Source: an uncultured Bacteroidaceae bacterium (GTDB lineage Bacteria > Bacteroidota > Bacteroidia > Bacteroidales > SM23-62). From it: a DNA stretch of 64,000 bases. Each line of letters opens with the position of its first letter. Positions within the stretch are counted from its first letter, which is position 1. Positions 27,661 to 35,895 of this stretch are shown here, piece after piece. The DNA lies in the NCBI GenBank assembly GCA_964420035.1, contig CAYQQR010000006.1:28885-92884 (forward strand), in the 5' to 3' direction. The notes below the pieces were generated by a model. The model saw only the letters and a program-made list of their open reading frames with translations, was not told the DNA's origin and made no database searches. A program made the translations under genes and the position numbers.

Positions 27661-28777
27661 TTTGTAGTTGTCTCAGCCAGTATTCAAAGACAGGATCATT
27701 GAAACGGATGTCCTTGCCATGGAGCTCAATGATCTCTTTCTCCTCCAGCACCTTTTTATTCTTCGATACGTTCCTTGGTGTGCCAAGCCTGTATTTATTC
27801 ATGGTTTCCGAAGCTGTAAGCTGCCTCTCTCCGGCTAAAATCGCATACAACAGGTTGAGCTGTGTGTTGCTGAGTGCATCACATATATCCTGGTAATGAA
27901 GCTTGTTTGACCTGACTACGAGATTCATGGCCTGTTCAATGATTTCACCCGATGCTTTTTGTTCTGTGGCGTTCCAAACATGGTGCGCGAGCTGCTGAAG
28001 GTAATCCGGATGATTATTTGTCAAATGAATCATCTCCCTGACCAAGTCCGCAGCAATAGCTTTCCCGGTTTTTTTAAAACTATCTTTTATAAAATCAACC
28101 CAGTGTTCTTCAGGTATTTTTTCCAGAAGAAACAAATCCCCAAATCTATAAAAAGCCCTGGATTCAGTTTCGAACAGTTCCAGCATCATGTGCTTTCTGC
28201 TTCCGTACAAACAGTAGGTCGTGTTTTCGTGATACTGCCAGTAAGAACGAAGTTCCATTTCAAAAGCGATCGGATCATCCAGACGGGCAATATTTTGAAA
28301 TTCATCAATACATACAACGATCCTGATACCCTTCTTCTTTGCAATTGCTTCCGGGAGATTAATGAATTCGTCTTTTGTTTTTTGAATATCATTCCAGGAA
28401 AAGTTAAGCGAAAAATCATTTATCGGATCTGCTCCAAAAGAAAAGGAGGGTGTGATATTTTTGAAGAAGTTTTTACCTGCCTGAAGCAATTCTTCCTTCC
28501 TTGAAATGCTGCATTTGATTATCTCCCTCGAATATTTTTCCAGAAAGTCCTCTACAGTCCTGATATTAAAGAAATCAATGAAGGCAAACCGGATCTTTTT
28601 ATCCCTGTTCAGATACTCAATTTGCTTGATTAACGAAGACTTACCCCATCTCCTTGGTGAAATAAGAATGGTGTTGATACCCGCTGCAATATTGTTTTGA
28701 ATCCTCTTAACGTCTTGGGAACGGTTGATAAAACTATCTCCGGTAACAATTTTGCCATATTTAAAAGGTGAATTCAT
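27650..28777 (-). CDS. Orphan P-loop NTPase, Arch_ATPase (PF01637 / COG1672) type
   Basis: 375 aa with Walker A SPRRWGKSSL and Walker B VVCIDEFQ. The C-terminal part looks like a winged helix. AT-rich. Confidence 0.7.
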   Translation of the reverse strand: MNSPFKYGKIVTGDSFINRSQDVKRIQNNIAAGINTILISPRRWGKSSLIKQIEYLNRDKKIRFAFIDFFNIRTVEDFLEKYSREIIKCSISRKEELLQAGKNFFKNITPSFSFGADPINDFSLNFSWNDIQKTKDEFINLPEAIAKKKGIRIVVCIDEFQNIARLDDPIAFEMELRSYWQYHENTTYCLYGSRKHMMLELFETESRAFYRFGDLFLLEKIPEEHWVDFIKDSFKKTGKAIAADLVREMIHLTNNHPDYLQQLAHHVWNATEQKASGEIIEQAMNLVVRSNKLHYQDICDALSNTQLNLLYAILAGERQLTASETMNKYRLGTPRNVSKNKKVLEEKEIIELHGKDIRFNDPVFEYWLRQLQTSL

Positions 28778-28907
28778 TGAATAGTTATACTAAATGGTAT
28801 TATATCAATTGGTATAATACTTAAAGGTATAAAAATTTCAAAATACATCCATAAAATCACTTATATTTCAATGGTTTTTTGACAAATTGAATTTATTTCT
28901 ACAGCGA

Positions 28908-29021
28908 CCAGCCACCAGAAGCCAGTAACCAGTAGCATCAGCAGCAGCAGCAGCAGTCAATCCTTAAAACCCTAAAACCCTAAAACCCTAAAACCTTAAA
29001 TCCTTAAATCCTTAAATCCTT
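28908..29021. repeat. Composite tandem tract: 7-mer CCAG type x4, then (CAG)6, then an 8-mer x7.6
   Basis: The 7-mers are ccagcca ccagaag ccagtaa ccagtag. (CAG)6 lies at 28939-28956. The 8-mers tccttaaa accctaaa x3 accttaaa tccttaaa x2 tcctt lie at 28961-29021. Confidence 0.9.
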
Positions 29022-29097
29022 GTTCTCTTGACTTCCATGCTGAATTCCCCTAACTTGTATGATTCTCATTTTCAAAGTGAAACCTAAAAACTCAATC

Positions 29098-29343
29098 ATG
29101 AAATTATCAATTAAAGCATTTGCATTTACAGCGGCTATCTTATGGGGCCTGGCAGTCTTCCTGGTTACGGTCTGGTACCTTATCATGGGATTCGAGGGAG
29201 AAACCCTGCAGAAGATACATCATATTTATCTGGGTTACAGCGTTAGCTGGGGGGGTGCATTCATTGGTTTGGTGTGGGGCTTTGTAGACGGACTGATCGG
29301 AGGTGCCTTGTTTGCCTGGCTTTATAATAAGCTTGCAAAGTAG
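29098..29343 (+). CDS. Small 2-TM membrane protein, Gly-zipper rich (possibly the DUF5676 family)
   Basis: 81 aa from MKLSIKAF. It has two hydrophobic helices and GFVDGLIGGALFAWLYNK. The family name is from memory only. Confidence 0.5.
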   Translation: MKLSIKAFAFTAAILWGLAVFLVTVWYLIMGFEGETLQKIHHIYLGYSVSWGGAFIGLVWGFVDGLIGGALFAWLYNKLAK

Positions 29344-29353
29344 AGCCCTGATC

Positions 29354-30004
29354 TCATAATTTCTGGTCTACCAAATACATTACATAGGTCATTTCCCGGG
29401 CGATCAAATCGGAAGTATTGTCATATTCGGTTTTTTCCTTTGCCATATCATCATAGGCTTTGGGATCATCGTATGGCAGAGAGAAGCGATCCTCCGCACC
29501 CGGAACAAAAGGGCAGGCCTCATCGGCATCGGAACATACCATGATGGCGGCAAATTTCTCAGAAGGATTAACAGGGTCACTGAACTTCTTGGAAAAGACA
29601 ATATTTTCAGGAAACTTCTCTCCCTGCCGGACCATATAGATGGCTTGTTCGGTATTGATAGAAGTTTTTCTTACAAGGAATCCTTTTCTTTCAAGGGAGG
29701 CCATGGCACGGGGATTGGCCGCTGTGGCCCCGGTACCACCGGAATAGGTCCTGATCTCTTTTAATCCGAAGTAATATGCTGCTGTCTGTGCCCAAAGCTG
29801 TGCCATGTGGCTGCGGCGTGAGTTATGGGTGCATACAAAGAGTAATTTGACTTCTTCGTGTTTGTTCAGCGATTCCGTACAATACCGGGCAAGTTGTTTC
29901 AGGCTTTCTTTCCTGTCATCACTGATTTCATCAAATTCCCTGATGACCGTATTCAGGGTTTCTTGTAATAAGGGGGTAAAATCCCGGACGTTCATGGGTA
30001 TCAT
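29354..30004 (-). CDS. Low-molecular-weight phosphatase family protein, ArsC-like
   Basis: CX5R(S) P-loop motif FVCTHNSRRSH. Start taken at MIPMNVRDF (ATG at 30004); the ORF is open to 30052. No arsR, arsB or acr3 is nearby. Confidence 0.7.
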   Translation of the reverse strand: MIPMNVRDFTPLLQETLNTVIREFDEISDDRKESLKQLARYCTESLNKHEEVKLLFVCTHNSRRSHMAQLWAQTAAYYFGLKEIRTYSGGTGATAANPRAMASLERKGFLVRKTSINTEQAIYMVRQGEKFPENIVFSKKFSDPVNPSEKFAAIMVCSDADEACPFVPGAEDRFSLPYDDPKAYDDMAKEKTEYDNTSDLIAREMTYVMYLVDQKL

Positions 30005-30099
30005 GTCTGAGATAACAATAAAATCATAAGTTTTGTTTTTGTAAAGAAACAAATTTTCACATAATACAATTCAGCAAAATTGAATTACGCGAGCGCGTT

Positions 30100-30200
30100 C
30101 CCCGTGGCTCTGCCGCGGGGTAAGCAAGCACCATTAAAATAAACATTTAATCGATGATTGGCTCCGCCGGGCTAAAGGTTCCTCGCGGCTTGCCGCGAGG
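30100..30200. repeat. Pair of related GC-rich hairpins in an AT-rich spacer
   Basis: ccccgtggc-tct-gccgcgggg lies at 30100-30120 (9 bp including one G.U). cctcgcgg-cttg-ccgcgagg lies at 30181-30200 (8 bp, CUUG tetraloop). A palindrome acgcgagcgcgt lies at 30087-30098. None has a T-run. Confidence 0.8.
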
Positions 30201-30342
30201 AGAGTCAATAATGATGCAGCCTTGTTACAAAAATCTTTGTACGGAATTGTGATTTAAACAGGATAGTGAAGCAGGGAAAGGGATTGAAGTCAGCTTTACG
30301 CTTCAATGAGTCTCCTGACACATTCAATATTCTATCCTGGAT

Positions 30343-32895
30343 TTATTCAAGTACGAATTTTAAGATGTGTTTTTCATTTGCAGTGTGCAATACCGCCAGG
30401 TAAACCCCGGGCGAGAGGCCCCCGCGATCCCATGTTATGACAATATCGGCCGTGTTTGCATCCGGTCGTATAAGCTCAACCGTTCTCCCGGCCGGGTCAA
30501 CTATGGTCAGAGTTGCCTGTCCCGAACAAGAGAGTGCACATCTGAATTCAGCAACCGAATGCACCGGATTGGGATATACGTAAAACTCAGATTCCTGAGG
30601 CGTTACAACAGGATCATTTGCAGAACTCTGGTACAAAACTCCGGGTAGTTCGACGGCATCTTTATGTATGTTCCCCTCCTCGTCGGCCAGGTATATTTTC
30701 GTCCATTCCGGTCGTGGGGGGAGGTCTCCGGCATCCACTTTATCCGACCATTCTTCATCGGTGAGTCTTTTCCAGTTCCGGGTTATATGCTCATAGTACG
30801 ACATCACCGGTCCGACGAAAGCGGTAGGCTTGTAATGGTCATTGGGTGCACCTGCCAGGAAGACCCCAAGGTTGAATTTTCCGGTACCTACATGGAATAC
30901 TTTCCCCACTTCAGCCCCATTGTATTCGGTGGGTTGTGTGTGCACATCGGCGACCAGGAAATCCTTTTCTATGGTCTTATGGGGGTCATAGAACAAATCG
31001 GATATCCATCCCGAAAACGGGGGGGCGCCGCTCATGGCGTCTAAATACAACATTTCCTTTAACCAGGTATCTTCTTCTTTGCTGATGGGGATTCCTGCCA
31101 ATTCTTTTTCTGCAATGTTCTTGAGTTTGAGCATGATCTCCTGCATCCCGGTAAAATATCCGGCTGCATTCCTTCCGGACCCACTGTAATATTCGAACAT
31201 GGAGAAATACTCTGCTGCCTGGCCGGCATAATCTGCTATGGATTGGTAAAAGCCGGGGTAGGGTTCAATATACGCGTGGGGAAAGGAACAGCCGGTTCCC
31301 CCGGTATAAGATTGTTTGGCATAAAGAAGATTATCATGTCTTAACTGCGTCCAGGATGCAAGCTGGGTATTGAGTTTTTGCTGGTGCCAGGCCGTTGTTT
31401 TCATGAACCAGGGCATGTCCGTTCCATGAACGTTCAGCTCGCGCAGGGCCTGGAGCCAGGCATTATATAAAGAAGAGGTCCAGAATTCCTCGTCATAGGC
31501 ATCCACCAAATAACGCAAGGCGTTCAGCTGGGGCGCGTAGTGATATTCTTCCAGTTCATCATTCAGCAAAGGAAGGGCATCGTTGTTGCCCAGTACGAAC
31601 ATGGCATCCAGGGGATCGGGCATGGGTCGCCACACTTTCTCACCCTGATGTATGATCCTGTCGAAAACAACATTGGCAAACACATGGGAATCGATAATGA
31701 AACGCTGCCCCATAACCCTGTAAGAAACCGGGAGGGTTCCCGGTTCTGAACTGAAGGGATCCATCAGGAGGAAGGCCGACAGGATCTTTTGAGCAGCTTC
31801 ACTTGACGTAATCAATTTTTCATAGTATACATCATACCGTTCGTCATCCAGGAGATCAGTAACTTCATTGATCCCGGAAACATTCAGTATGCCATCATAT
31901 TCCTCCATGGTCAGGTTGTCGCTGTCGCCCACCAGGAAGCGAATGATTTTATCATTTTCCTCAAGGGTGGTCCGAATGCCTGAAGCATCAATGAGTTTTT
32001 GCAACAAGTAAGCTCCCAGGTTCATCCGGCGGATCTCTTCCCTGGTCCATGGCTCTTCCCAGGGGTTTCCGGGTGGCGGGGTGCACATAAAGTCTATTCT
32101 GCCCAACCACATCATGGTCTTGAAGTAATCTCCCAGGGTCCTTCTGCCCTGGGGCGTATAAAACACTTGGGTATAATGCCCTCTTACGGTGAACTGGCTG
32201 AAGTCTATTCTCCGGTTGCGGTCGGAGAACAGGGGAATACTGATATGTTTTTCAGCCTGGATGGCATCCCAGATCTCTTCTATGACTTTCTGTTCTGTAT
32301 ATTGTGCTTCCTGGATCTTCCCCCTTGATAGACTGTAAGCAATGGTAACATAAAGATCCAGGTCAGACAAAGCATCCTGAAGATGAGGATTGGTGTTATA
32401 TTGGGCGATGAATGCAGGAGTGGCCTTGTAGAGTTTTTCCAGGCTTTCCAGCAGGTTGGGCTCCATAAGGTTCCTTTCCAGGTCCAGCAGGATGTTATCA
32501 TAGGAAACATGTAAAGCATGCAAAACAAGGTCGGTAGATAAGAAGACGGGAAAGTCGTTAATGTAGATCTCCTGCAAAGGTTGATTGATCGCGTCATAGC
32601 TCAGGCGCTCGGAGACCATGAATTCATGTTGTTCCAGGAGTGTTTTCTCCCCGGGCGTAAAATGAAAATGCATGTCCAGGCTGTCCAGGTAGCGGTAACG
32701 GCTTAGATCGGCGTTTATACTCCGGTCGTTGTAATAGGTACCGACAGGATGTACTTCCTGAACGCTACTTGCAGTGATTTGCATGTTGTTTTCCAGGAAG
32801 CGTGCATATTCCTCTTTGCTGAAACCGCTTTGGCCGGCAGCCGGGGGAATGGTTCCGGTCAGAAGGATTACGAGGTATAGCAGACTTTTTTTCAT
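30343..32895 (-). CDS. DUF3160-like secreted protein with a T9SS C-terminal sorting domain
   Basis: 850 aa with a signal peptide. It has an internal FTVRGHYT motif, recalled from DUF3160. The C-terminal ~80 aa are typical of a Por/T9SS CTD (YVYPNPV...GVYLAVLHTANEKHILKFVLE). Confidence 0.75.
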   Translation of the reverse strand: MKKSLLYLVILLTGTIPPAAGQSGFSKEEYARFLENNMQITASSVQEVHPVGTYYNDRSINADLSRYRYLDSLDMHFHFTPGEKTLLEQHEFMVSERLSYDAINQPLQEIYINDFPVFLSTDLVLHALHVSYDNILLDLERNLMEPNLLESLEKLYKATPAFIAQYNTNPHLQDALSDLDLYVTIAYSLSRGKIQEAQYTEQKVIEEIWDAIQAEKHISIPLFSDRNRRIDFSQFTVRGHYTQVFYTPQGRRTLGDYFKTMMWLGRIDFMCTPPPGNPWEEPWTREEIRRMNLGAYLLQKLIDASGIRTTLEENDKIIRFLVGDSDNLTMEEYDGILNVSGINEVTDLLDDERYDVYYEKLITSSEAAQKILSAFLLMDPFSSEPGTLPVSYRVMGQRFIIDSHVFANVVFDRIIHQGEKVWRPMPDPLDAMFVLGNNDALPLLNDELEEYHYAPQLNALRYLVDAYDEEFWTSSLYNAWLQALRELNVHGTDMPWFMKTTAWHQQKLNTQLASWTQLRHDNLLYAKQSYTGGTGCSFPHAYIEPYPGFYQSIADYAGQAAEYFSMFEYYSGSGRNAAGYFTGMQEIMLKLKNIAEKELAGIPISKEEDTWLKEMLYLDAMSGAPPFSGWISDLFYDPHKTIEKDFLVADVHTQPTEYNGAEVGKVFHVGTGKFNLGVFLAGAPNDHYKPTAFVGPVMSYYEHITRNWKRLTDEEWSDKVDAGDLPPRPEWTKIYLADEEGNIHKDAVELPGVLYQSSANDPVVTPQESEFYVYPNPVHSVAEFRCALSCSGQATLTIVDPAGRTVELIRPDANTADIVITWDRGGLSPGVYLAVLHTANEKHILKFVLE

Positions 32896-32990
32896 GACGC
32901 AACTGAATAATCAAAGTTATCTGAATATACGCGCAATGTCAAGTACTTTGTTATTCAGATGCAAACCGGAGGCTGATGGTTGCTTACATC

Positions 32991-33509
32991 TTATATATCC
33001 TGAACATAACGGGTACCTTGAAGTCCCGTGACCTCATAGAGGGCTTTGAAAAGATCCCTGTGCACGCGGCCCTTAATCTGGACCAGCACATTTTCATCTC
33101 CGCTGACGATGATAAGAAGATCCCTGACTTTACCCTTCTTTTCTTTGGCGAGTATCCATACTTCTTCATCCTTTTCGTGCACGGCCATCAAGGTTTCGTA
33201 CTGATCGTCAAGCTTTTTTACATTGACCTCATCGATGAAACGGACCCTCCTGTTCAGCGCCGGGTTTTCAATGACCAGGATCCTCATCGAGCGGATGGAA
33301 CGCAGTAATTCTTCTTCGGGTTGATCCAGGTTGCCGATTGAGGCAGCAAAGCGGCACAGGAATCCAGGGATGTATAAGGAAACAACGCCTTCTTTGCCCC
33401 TGTAAGTGTCTCTTAAGTATTGAAAGCGGTGGGTCTGGGCAGTAAGTTGTGCGACCAGCATTATGCCTGTCAGTAAAAATATCGTCTTTTTCATGCTTGT
33501 ATCTTTCAT
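32991..33509 (-). CDS. DUF4252-like small secreted protein
   Basis: 172 aa with a signal peptide (MKKTIFLLTGIMLVAQLTAQ). The alternative ATG at 33494 is equally plausible. The family call is by recall. Confidence 0.55.
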   Translation of the reverse strand: MKDTSMKKTIFLLTGIMLVAQLTAQTHRFQYLRDTYRGKEGVVSLYIPGFLCRFAASIGNLDQPEEELLRSIRSMRILVIENPALNRRVRFIDEVNVKKLDDQYETLMAVHEKDEEVWILAKEKKGKVRDLLIIVSGDENVLVQIKGRVHRDLFKALYEVTGLQGTRYVQDI

Positions 33510-33550
33510 TTTTTTAAAGACGATTCAAACAGGGAAATGTTACAGCTATT

Positions 33551-35746
33551 TTATTGTTGACTGTAATGTTCCTGGAGACTGGAGACCAGGATGAGGGTAT
33601 AGGCGAAGGTGGGCGACCAGTACTCGGTGGTCCACCACCATCCCGGGTAGGTTACGGGATAATCCATGTAATCACCGCCTATGCCGGTCATGACCCCGCC
33701 GGTCAGAGACGGGGTAGGAGGCCGGAATTCCTTAGCCCCGGTCTTGAAAAGGCTGGGCTGATTGTGACCTATATCCGTGACGGTACTGGCATTAAGGGGA
33801 TTGGCTCCGTATATCCAGTCTATTTGTTTTTGCGCCAGAGCAATCCATTCTTTCTGATCCAAAGCTTGTCCGCTTCTCAAAAAGGCTTTGCCGTCTTTTG
33901 CCAGGTGCCGGTTACATCCCACGTGCAGAAAATTCCGGCACCACAGATCTCCCAGGTTTTTACTGTAAGGCAGGCTGTCGGTGCGCACGTTCCAGGGCAT
34001 GATGTTAAATGCATTGGAACAGGAAAGCGGTTTCACATAGGAGTCCAGGTATTCGGAAAGTGCTGTACCGACCTCTTTCGCGAGTTTTCCCTCCGGGGTT
34101 GTTGAAAGGTAATCCAGGAAAGCATCCATGATCCAGGTCCCTTCCTTGGGATAAGGATGGCTGTGATCATAGAAGTGAGCCGTGGGAAAACCTGTGCGGA
34201 TCTGCATCTCCAATAGAATGTTTAAAAACCGTTCAGCATCAGCTAAGTATTTATTGTCTTGTGTAAGGATAAATAGTTTCATTGCCGCTGAGGTTCCCAA
34301 ACCATAATCTACTGATCTGTCAACATCCTGTTCTTTGGCCCATTCATAGCAATTTATTGCGGCTGAACGGCAACGGCGGGCATAGTCCGGATCTTTATCG
34401 ATCATTTCTTTGGCGATCATGCTTTCCGCGATAATGAAGAGCCAGTTCACATCGATTTCTGCAGCTTCGGTAATGATGGTCCGGTCGTCCTTGTTTCCTA
34501 TGATGTTATCGGTCCAGCGGTTATCGTGATAACCCTTCCAGGTTGAACCGATATAGTGCATCAGGTAGCCTTCGGGTTCCTGCATGGCAAAAAGAAACTT
34601 GTTTCCCCATTTAATTTCATCTATGACCTGCTCCTCAGGAATTCCCTTTACGGAAAGTTCCAGCAGGTGTGCCAGGCTGTAAAGCAGATAAGTATTTCCT
34701 TCGGCGGGCTTTCTCAGGTCGCAGGCATCGTACCATCCCCCGGTAACATCCTGGTGCCGGCCGTTATCGTCCCGGACGCCATCATCCAGGTGATTGCCCG
34801 GGGCCCAGCCCATGGTAGGGTGACCGCTTCTTTGCAGTTTCAGGTATTGCAGGTGTTTATCAATGCATTCCAGGTAGTTCTCCTCGCCAATCCGGAAGGT
34901 ATCAGAGCGAAGGCTTCCCGAGCTCAGGTAGTAAGTACCGGGTTTTTTATAATTGCTCAAGTTGCCTGCACTGTAGTCCCCCCTGCCGTCCCGGGCCTCA
35001 GTAAAATGATCCCGGAATACCACGGAGCCATCTTGTGCATCCACCAGGGCAAATTCAGTATCATCGGCACGGTAGCGATAACAAAATTTAAAAGCTTCGG
35101 GATGGTAACCGGCATGGTTAACGAGGACCTTTCCAGGTATTGAAGTGATCTTGATATTTTCCGGCACCACATTCCTGAAGTAAAGGGTTGCGGCGGCCCA
35201 GTTGACATGATCCGCATAGTTTCCATCCTCCCCGGGATTGGTTATCAGCTTGAGTTCATTTACACCTTTGAGATTAATCTTCACTTCCAGGGGATCATTT
35301 CCTATGGATAAGGTCCCGCTTTCATAAAGCAATTGGTCATCCCCGTATATTTCAAAGCTGGCTGTTCCCCCGGAAGTAAAATCATAATGATCTTCCCTGT
35401 TATCGTATACATAATCGGCATATCCGCGGATCTTATCCCTGCTTTCCGCATTCCAGCGTTTTTTAATGCCCTGGTCGATGCCGATCCATGCCTCAAAACA
35501 AGCAGCTTTCCCCTGAAGGTTGATACACCAGTTGGCGGGTGCATGTCCGCCCAATCCATGAGCGAAAACACTGTCTTTTAGATGAATGGGCTCATTCGTA
35601 TATGACCGGTTCCTTTTGGGCGCTCCGTAGGGAGCTATAATCTCTCCGAACTCAATATCACTAAGCCTTATAGCTTCACCCGAACGGCTGCAGTTTGCCA
35701 TTGACACTGCAAACAATAAAAAGGGAATAATTCTGGAAAGATTCAT
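33551..35746 (-). CDS. Lipoprotein glycoside hydrolase family 9 with an N-terminal NPCBM-like module
   Basis: 731 aa with a signal/lipobox (AVSMANCS). It has an NPCBM-like segment FAHGLGGHAPANWCINL...WIGIDQG and a CelD_N-like VLVNHAGYHPEAFKF. The GH9 core reads DVTGGWYDACDLRK, where the usual motif is DAGD. Confidence 0.75.
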   Translation of the reverse strand: MNLSRIIPFLLFAVSMANCSRSGEAIRLSDIEFGEIIAPYGAPKRNRSYTNEPIHLKDSVFAHGLGGHAPANWCINLQGKAACFEAWIGIDQGIKKRWNAESRDKIRGYADYVYDNREDHYDFTSGGTASFEIYGDDQLLYESGTLSIGNDPLEVKINLKGVNELKLITNPGEDGNYADHVNWAAATLYFRNVVPENIKITSIPGKVLVNHAGYHPEAFKFCYRYRADDTEFALVDAQDGSVVFRDHFTEARDGRGDYSAGNLSNYKKPGTYYLSSGSLRSDTFRIGEENYLECIDKHLQYLKLQRSGHPTMGWAPGNHLDDGVRDDNGRHQDVTGGWYDACDLRKPAEGNTYLLYSLAHLLELSVKGIPEEQVIDEIKWGNKFLFAMQEPEGYLMHYIGSTWKGYHDNRWTDNIIGNKDDRTIITEAAEIDVNWLFIIAESMIAKEMIDKDPDYARRCRSAAINCYEWAKEQDVDRSVDYGLGTSAAMKLFILTQDNKYLADAERFLNILLEMQIRTGFPTAHFYDHSHPYPKEGTWIMDAFLDYLSTTPEGKLAKEVGTALSEYLDSYVKPLSCSNAFNIMPWNVRTDSLPYSKNLGDLWCRNFLHVGCNRHLAKDGKAFLRSGQALDQKEWIALAQKQIDWIYGANPLNASTVTDIGHNQPSLFKTGAKEFRPPTPSLTGGVMTGIGGDYMDYPVTYPGWWWTTEYWSPTFAYTLILVSSLQEHYSQQ

Positions 35747-35866
35747 AGGATGGGAATTTTGAGTAAACGAAAATAATCATAATTTAAAAGAAGCCGGCAA
35801 ATGCCTGCATTGCATTTATTGTTTATAACCTGCTGGCTGTGGGTTTTTATTGTTGGGTCAAAATCG

Positions 35867-35874
35867 TAATTTTG
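35867..35874 (+). promoter_or_regulatory. Candidate -7 box TAATTTTG
   Basis: It matches TAnnTTTG and lies 21 nt upstream of the GTG start at 35896. Confidence 0.4.
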
Positions 35875-35895
35875 AATGGATCAATCAGTTAAGTC

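Noticed and set aside
28961-29021. An AACCCTAA-type array that resembles plant or eukaryotic telomere repeats.
   Set aside because: The unit is 8 nt, not 7. The array is internal to a bacterial gene string and drifts into TCCTTAAA units. It belongs with the other periodic intergenic tracts.
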